Assembly: GCA_011364975.1 (NCBI GenBank)
Contig: RDOE01000003.1
Span: 4,200 to 68,199 of the forward strand
Length of the DNA: 64,000 nucleotides
Source: Promethearchaeota archaeon
GTDB taxonomy: Archaea > Asgardarchaeota > Lokiarchaeia > Sigyniarchaeales > SOKP01
Direction of reading: 5' to 3'
A model generated the notes under the pieces. It saw only the letters and a program-made list of their open reading frames with translations, was not told the DNA's origin and searched no databases. This document shows positions 59,010-64,000 of this stretch, one piece after another (position 1 is the first letter of the stretch; every line of letters begins with the position of its first letter). Both the position numbers and the translations under genes were made by a program.

Positions 59010-59831
59010 TTGATTAAATTATTAATTTTTGGTCCAACGGGTTCTATGGGAAGATTGATTACGGAATTAGCCTTAAAAGATAACGAAATTCAGATAGTTG
59101 CTGTATGTGATATTAATAATGTGGGAACTACTTTACAATCACTAATTGCTGTTGAAGATAAGAATAAATTAATAATCGAAGATGTTAATAACCTTCAACA
59201 AATAATTGAAAAGACAAAACCTGAAGTTGCAGTTGATTTCACTATTGCGAAAGCAACTGAAAAGAATTGCATGATATGCGTAGAGAACGGAGTAAGATGC
59301 ATAATAGGTACAACTGCACTCACGGATGAATTTTTAAAAAAATTTAGTGATTTAGTTAAAAAAAATAATGCTCCTGCTGTTATATCTCCCAATATGGCCA
59401 CGGGTGTAAATTTAATATTTAAAGTGGCAGGGATCTTAGCACAATATTTAAGTGATTGGGATATTGAAATAATTGAAGCTCATCATAAACGAAAACTAGA
59501 TTCTCCTAGTGGTACTGCTTTGAAGATTGGTAAAATCATTGCTGAATCTCTCGGTAAAAGTTTAGAGACCGTTGCCAAATTTGGAAGGAATAAGGGACTC
59601 AATAAAAGAGAAGTAGGCGCTAAGAATGAGATTGGATTTCATGCAATTCGGGGGGGAGATATTGTGGGGGATCACACAATTTTATATGCTGGGCCAGGAG
59701 AAAGGATAGAATTAAAACATCAAGCTCATAGTCGGATGTGTTTCGCAGAAGGAGCAATTAAAGCTATAAAGTTTATTGTAAATGCTAAAGAAAACAAAAT
59801 TTATAATACTAATGAAATCTTAGGTCTATAA
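59010..59831 (+). CDS. dapB: 4-hydroxy-tetrahydrodipicolinate reductase
   Basis: FGPTGSMGR and EAHHKRKLDSPSGTA. TTG start preceded by GAGGG. 24 nt after dapA. Confidence 0.9.
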   Translation: MIKLLIFGPTGSMGRLITELALKDNEIQIVAVCDINNVGTTLQSLIAVEDKNKLIIEDVNNLQQIIEKTKPEVAVDFTIAKATEKNCMICVENGVRCIIGTTALTDEFLKKFSDLVKKNNAPAVISPNMATGVNLIFKVAGILAQYLSDWDIEIIEAHHKRKLDSPSGTALKIGKIIAESLGKSLETVAKFGRNKGLNKREVGAKNEIGFHAIRGGDIVGDHTILYAGPGERIELKHQAHSRMCFAEGAIKAIKFIVNAKENKIYNTNEILGL

Positions 59832-60063
59832 ATTTCCATTCCTTTTTTAACTATCCTCATTTTTAAAATAGAGATAAAATTATAAAGATTTCAGAGCAGA
59901 TCAGTATTATCATTAATCCAGTGATACCAGATTTCATTACGCCAACTCTTCATTTAACTACGTAAAGGGTATCCAAGCCTCACATAGTTCACTTTTATAA
60001 TTTTATCTCATATAATTAAAAGCGATACTTTGTTATAACCTTTTTCCACAGAAAAAAATAAGG

Positions 60064-61380
60064 TTATCCTAAATGCTTTGGAATAGATTGACCTTCTAAT
60101 AAATTTTCCAAAGTTTCTGCTTTTCGAATTTTAAACACGGATTTGTTATTAATTAATAATTCACCAGGGCGAGGTCTTGAATTATAGGAACTTGCCATAG
60201 CAAAACCATACGCACCTGCATCAAGAATTGCCAATATATCCCCTTCTTCTAATTTTGGGAGCATTCTTTTTCTTCCTAAGATGTCTCCTGATTCACAAAT
60301 TGGTCCTGCTATATCATATTCTATAATATCTTCCCTTCCCTGCTTATTACAAAGTTCGATATGATGATAGGAACCATACATTGTTGGACGGATTAACGTA
60401 TTAAAGCCTGCATCTATACCAGCAAATAATTTAAACCCGTTATTTTTTATAGTATTAATTTGAGTTAAAATAATAGTAGATTCTGCACATAAAAATCTCC
60501 CCGGCTCAATTTTGAATGTTGGAGTACCAATAACGCCTGTCTCAACGATTTCTTTAAAAGGTCTAATTACCATATCTCTATAAATATCTATATCTAAAGG
60601 CTCTTCTTCAGGTTTATACGGAATTCCTAATCCACCTCCGAAATCAACAAATTCAAACTTAATATCTAAGGAAGATGCTAGAGTTTTAACTATGGAAAGG
60701 TAATTTTCTGCTGCTTTTTCAAAATCCTTCGGATTGATAATACCAGAGCCTATATGTTGATGAATTCCAAACTTTTTAAATCCTGCATTTTGAGCTAACT
60801 TATATGCATCTAATACTTGATCTTCTAAAATTCCAAACTTTATTTCCTTTCCCGCAGTAATGGTATGTGCATGATGCCCCGCTCCAAATTCGGGATTAAT
60901 TCGAAATGATATAATATTTTTTTGTTTACCTAATTTATTATGAACTTTGATTAATCTATCTAATTGGCTTACACTATCTAAATTGATTATGATATTATTA
61001 TTTACTGCAAATTCAAAATCTTTATTAGTAAACATATTTCCTGTATAAAGAATACTTTTGGGGTCTACCCCTACTTTTAAACAAGCAAAGATTTCGCCTT
61101 GAGAAGTACAATCATAACCACTTCCTTCAGATTTTAAAATCTTCAGAATTGCTAAGTTTGAATTAGCTTTTACTGCATAATGAATTTGATTATTTTTATA
61201 TTCTGTATCTAATAAGTTTTTTAATTCTCTATAACGCTTTCTTATTATATGCTCATCAGTAATATAGATTGGCGTTCCATATTGTTCTGCTAATTCTAAA
61301 GTATTCATATCAGCAAAATATAAAACACCATCTCTATAATCCAAACCTTTATTCCTTAACCATTCTTTATATTCCGTCAA
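60064..61380 (-). CDS. lysA: diaminopimelate decarboxylase
   Basis: PLP-Lys YAVKANSN, plus HIGSG, GGGLGIPY and CESGD. Confidence 0.92.
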   Translation of the reverse strand: MTEYKEWLRNKGLDYRDGVLYFADMNTLELAEQYGTPIYITDEHIIRKRYRELKNLLDTEYKNNQIHYAVKANSNLAILKILKSEGSGYDCTSQGEIFACLKVGVDPKSILYTGNMFTNKDFEFAVNNNIIINLDSVSQLDRLIKVHNKLGKQKNIISFRINPEFGAGHHAHTITAGKEIKFGILEDQVLDAYKLAQNAGFKKFGIHQHIGSGIINPKDFEKAAENYLSIVKTLASSLDIKFEFVDFGGGLGIPYKPEEEPLDIDIYRDMVIRPFKEIVETGVIGTPTFKIEPGRFLCAESTIILTQINTIKNNGFKLFAGIDAGFNTLIRPTMYGSYHHIELCNKQGREDIIEYDIAGPICESGDILGRKRMLPKLEEGDILAILDAGAYGFAMASSYNSRPRPGELLINNKSVFKIRKAETLENLLEGQSIPKHLG

Positions 61381-61394
61381 CTCTCACCTTGAAT

Positions 61395-62279
61395 TTATAA
61401 CTTTATTTCATCAATCGTGCCTCTAAACACTCTTGTAGCAGGACCTTCCATAAAAACAGTTTCTCCTGTGTATGTAATGATTAAATCGCCACCATCATTA
61501 TGTACAGTTACAGATTGATCTTTTTTGAACATTCCAGTGATAGAACCAGCAACTACTGCAGCACACGTACCAGTGCCACATGAATTTGTGATACCAACAC
61601 CTCGTTCAAATACTCTCAGTGTAGCTTCATTTTGAGATTGAACTTTTACAAATTCAACATTTATTTTTTTTGGAAACATGGAATTTGAACTAATAGTAGC
61701 ACCATAACGATTCAATTCTTCATTGTTTGGAAGATTTTCTGTAAATATGATCGCATGAGGATTTCCCATAGATACTGCGGTAAACTTAAATATCTTATCT
61801 ATAGCTACAATTGTTTCATTTACACATTTATCATTCAAACCTTCATTAATTACAGGTATTTCATCACAGGATAATATAGGGGCACCCATGTCAATCTTAA
61901 CAGATTCCACAATATCATCCATTACTTTTAATTCCGCATTAACAATCCGTTTTAAGGTCTCAACTTCGATCTTAAGCTTTTTACAAATATCATTCTCGTA
62001 TATGTATTTAGAGAAACATCGAATGCCATTACCACACATTTCTGCTTCTGACCCATCTGGATTAAATATCCTCATACTTAAATCTTTTTCTTTAGCAGGG
62101 CAAACTAATATCAATCCATCCGCCCCAATAGAAAAGTGCGGTTGACATAATATTTTTGCTAAATTTCCCATTTTATTTTCTGGTATTTTCCATTTCAGAT
62201 TATTAATTAGGATATAATCGTTACCAAGCCCATGAAACTTCTCAAAATCAACATTTTGTAAAAAATAATCATTTACCAA
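61395..62279 (-). CDS. dapF: diaminopimelate epimerase
   Basis: FHGLGNDYIL, FNPDGSEAEMCGNGIRC and SCGTGTCA (the two catalytic Cys). TTG start. Confidence 0.9.
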   Translation of the reverse strand: MVNDYFLQNVDFEKFHGLGNDYILINNLKWKIPENKMGNLAKILCQPHFSIGADGLILVCPAKEKDLSMRIFNPDGSEAEMCGNGIRCFSKYIYENDICKKLKIEVETLKRIVNAELKVMDDIVESVKIDMGAPILSCDEIPVINEGLNDKCVNETIVAIDKIFKFTAVSMGNPHAIIFTENLPNNEELNRYGATISSNSMFPKKINVEFVKVQSQNEATLRVFERGVGITNSCGTGTCAAVVAGSITGMFKKDQSVTVHNDGGDLIITYTGETVFMEGPATRVFRGTIDEIKL

Positions 62280-62439
62280 TATTATATCACTCCAAATTCA
62301 TGAATTAAATAATAATCCTTACAGATAAAAAAACCTAATACATATATTAGCAAATTCACATCATTGTTCATAAAAATTACTATTATGCTTTACAAAAAGC
62401 TTAAGATATTTTATTTATTATGAATCTTATCAATAGTAT

Positions 62440-62970
62440 ATGTCTCTAATTATGAAACAGAAACTTTTAACCTTATCACTTTTCTCATTGTTGTTCCTAA
62501 TACCATTATCTAATGCATTAGCTTTTGATCACATCGATAATATTAATGATGGAATTTCGGTTTTCTTTTTAACACATTTAGATAATTCAGATTATTTTGA
62601 AGTTAATATTACGCACCTCGGAGAAGGGAACTTTACATTATTTTTATTTGATTCAAGACCCACTGAATCCTTCGTTAAAGCTGAGAAAACTTTGGATTCT
62701 CGAATTTATGAATATGCAATTAATTATAGTATAGATGATAATCCTTATCTTTTCCATAATATTTCAGAATCAGGAATTTATTATATCCAATTGATTTTAG
62801 TGAACAACGGACCAGATACATTTTTTCTTTACAGCAATAAAGAATTAACTCGATATTACTTACCACTCATTCCAGGATACTCAGTAGGATTAACGATTGT
62901 TGTTTTATTATTATCAAGTACTTTTATAATAACTTATAGAAAGAGAATTTTCCATTTAAAAGGCGAATAA
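62440..62970 (+). CDS. secreted/cell-surface protein with a signal peptide and a C-terminal PGF-CTERM-like anchor
   Basis: N-terminal KQKLLTLSLFSLLFLIPLSNALA. C-terminal LIPGYSVGLTIVVLLLSSTFIITYRKR. Confidence 0.55.
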   Translation: MSLIMKQKLLTLSLFSLLFLIPLSNALAFDHIDNINDGISVFFLTHLDNSDYFEVNITHLGEGNFTLFLFDSRPTESFVKAEKTLDSRIYEYAINYSIDDNPYLFHNISESGIYYIQLILVNNGPDTFFLYSNKELTRYYLPLIPGYSVGLTIVVLLLSSTFIITYRKRIFHLKGE

Positions 62971-63239
62971 TTCTTTATTTATCATAATGTTAAATATTAT
63001 TACTTGGACGAAAATTATTTTGAACTAATTTTGTATAAAAAACCCCTTTAAATAACGAATTTCGAAGTCAAACCTATTTAAAGTATGTTTAATTTCTAAA
63101 AATATATTATCAAAAATCGAAAGCGTGATTAAAAATTTCATTTGAGGAGATTAGCAAACAGTTTGCAAAATTATTGAAAGATACTGAGGAGGTTGAATTA
63201 AAAAATGTCGATCTCTTTGCGGAGTATCTGGAATTTCAA

Positions 63240-64000
63240 ATGCTTCCTAGCATCGTACAAGCAGCTGCTCAAGCCGTCTTACCCGGTATTGGAAAAGCAG
63301 AATGGACATCAACTAAATTTTCTCTTGATATAAACTTCCCTGGGAAAATTGAAACTATCGAATTTATTCGATCAAATGGGAAAAAGGCAGTTATAGGGGG
63401 AGAAGTTGTTCCACCATTTTACAATTTTCTTGGTCTTGATAAAAGAAATCCCCATCCACCGTTGGTCACTTACGACGTATTTGATATGGGAAGTGAAATG
63501 ATGCTCCCAAAACCAATTAAAGAAGAATATAAAGATGTATTAGCTAAACCCCCACAATGGGCTAAATTTGCAGTAGATAAATTCGGAGCAGAATGCATTA
63601 CTTTTCACTCTCTTGGTATTGATCCAGGTACATTAAATTGGCCTGTCTCTAAATCGAAAAAATTATTTGAAGATATCTTACAAGCGGTTGACGTGCCGGT
63701 GATTATTGGCTGTTCTGGAAACAAAGAAAAAGATGTTGAAATGTTTAAAGAATTGGCCGCAGTTTCCGAAAGCGAAGTATTAATGTTATCGGCAGCAGAT
63801 AAAGCTACATGGGAAGAGGTTATACCTTTAGCAGTTAAGTATGACCATAATTGTCTTCTCTGGACCAGTCTAGACTTAAATAATCAAATAAAAATGAACA
63901 AAGATGCATTAGAGTTAGGTTTACCAAAAAATAGAATTGTAATGGACCCAACTTGCGCCACTTTAGGCTACGGTATGGAGTATTCCTTCAGTATATATCA
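63240..64000 (+). CDS. cdhD: acetyl-CoA decarbonylase/synthase delta subunit (corrinoid Fe-S protein small subunit), 5' part. Runs off the window end; start unresolved.
   Basis: VIGGEVVPPFYNF, VTYDVFDM, ILQAVDVPVIIGCSGN, KYDHNCLLWTSLDLN and IVMDPTCATLGYGMEY are collinear with CdhD/AcsD. The frame is open from 63129. The first ATG is at 63240 and an in-frame TTG is at 63174. Confidence 0.85.
   Translation, partial: MLPSIVQAAAQAVLPGIGKAEWTSTKFSLDINFPGKIETIEFIRSNGKKAVIGGEVVPPFYNFLGLDKRNPHPPLVTYDVFDMGSEMMLPKPIKEEYKDVLAKPPQWAKFAVDKFGAECITFHSLGIDPGTLNWPVSKSKKLFEDILQAVDVPVIIGCSGNKEKDVEMFKELAAVSESEVLMLSAADKATWEEVIPLAVKYDHNCLLWTSLDLNNQIKMNKDALELGLPKNRIVMDPTCATLGYGMEYSFSIY

Noticed and set aside
59891-59954. 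C/D-box-sRNA-like motifs on the minus strand between dapB and lysA (AATGAAGA...TAATGATAA...CTGA...CTGA), in a locally GC-richer patch
   Set aside because: Both C-type boxes deviate from RUGAUGA. No proper D' box occurs at the right spacing. There is no terminal stem, and the D'-C' spacing would be atypically long. Such matches arise by chance in AT-rich DNA.
1-64000. Search for CRISPR arrays, transposases/IS elements, integrases, prophage genes, rRNA and known defence systems
   Set aside because: No regularly spaced direct repeats, no transposase or integrase-like ORFs, no rRNA-like GC-rich blocks and no nuclease/helicase defence gene sets were seen. The only defence-adjacent gene is the orphan methyltransferase at 43901.

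Overview
The window is a very AT-rich archaeal chromosomal segment with about 64 genes, no rRNA, no CRISPR array and no recognisable mobile element. Archaeal markers are the rpoD-L18e-L13-S9 block, a thermosome, CDC48, archaemetzincin and an intron-containing tRNA-Pro. Three divergent small GTPases (Arf-like, SR-beta/COG2229-like, MglA-like), a UBC/RWD-like-JAMM fusion and Wood-Ljungdahl-type genes suggest an Asgard (Loki-like) archaeon. That assignment is an inference from gene content only.

Gene content by function:
- Shikimate pathway: aroC, aroA.
- C1 and energy metabolism: glyA, a giant HdrA-HdrA-MvhD fusion followed by hdrC-hdrB-metV-metF, a second metV-metF pair, and the start of cdhD.
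- Gluconeogenesis: GTP-dependent PEPCK.
- Lysine biosynthesis by the DAP route: dapA, dapB, dapF, lysA.
- Translation: trpS, trmI plus a tRNA-binding protein, and ribosomal proteins.
- Proteostasis: thermosome, hsp20-cdc48-wHTH, msrB, and several peptidases.

Most unusual observations:
1. Three conserved genes have essential N-terminal motifs upstream of any ATG/GTG/TTG. Each has a strong Shine-Dalgarno element 6-7 nt before an in-frame ATA or ATT. One of them is absent from the supplied ORF track.
2. The 1165-aa tandem HdrA-MvhD fusion sits in a Moorella-type hdr-metVF cluster.
3. The GTPases carry extra C-terminal domains.
4. A UBC/RWD-like domain is fused to a JAMM domain.
5. tRNA-Pro(UGG) carries a 28-nt insertion at a non-canonical position next to the D-arm.

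All product calls rest on motif recognition by eye. No database search or computation was run.
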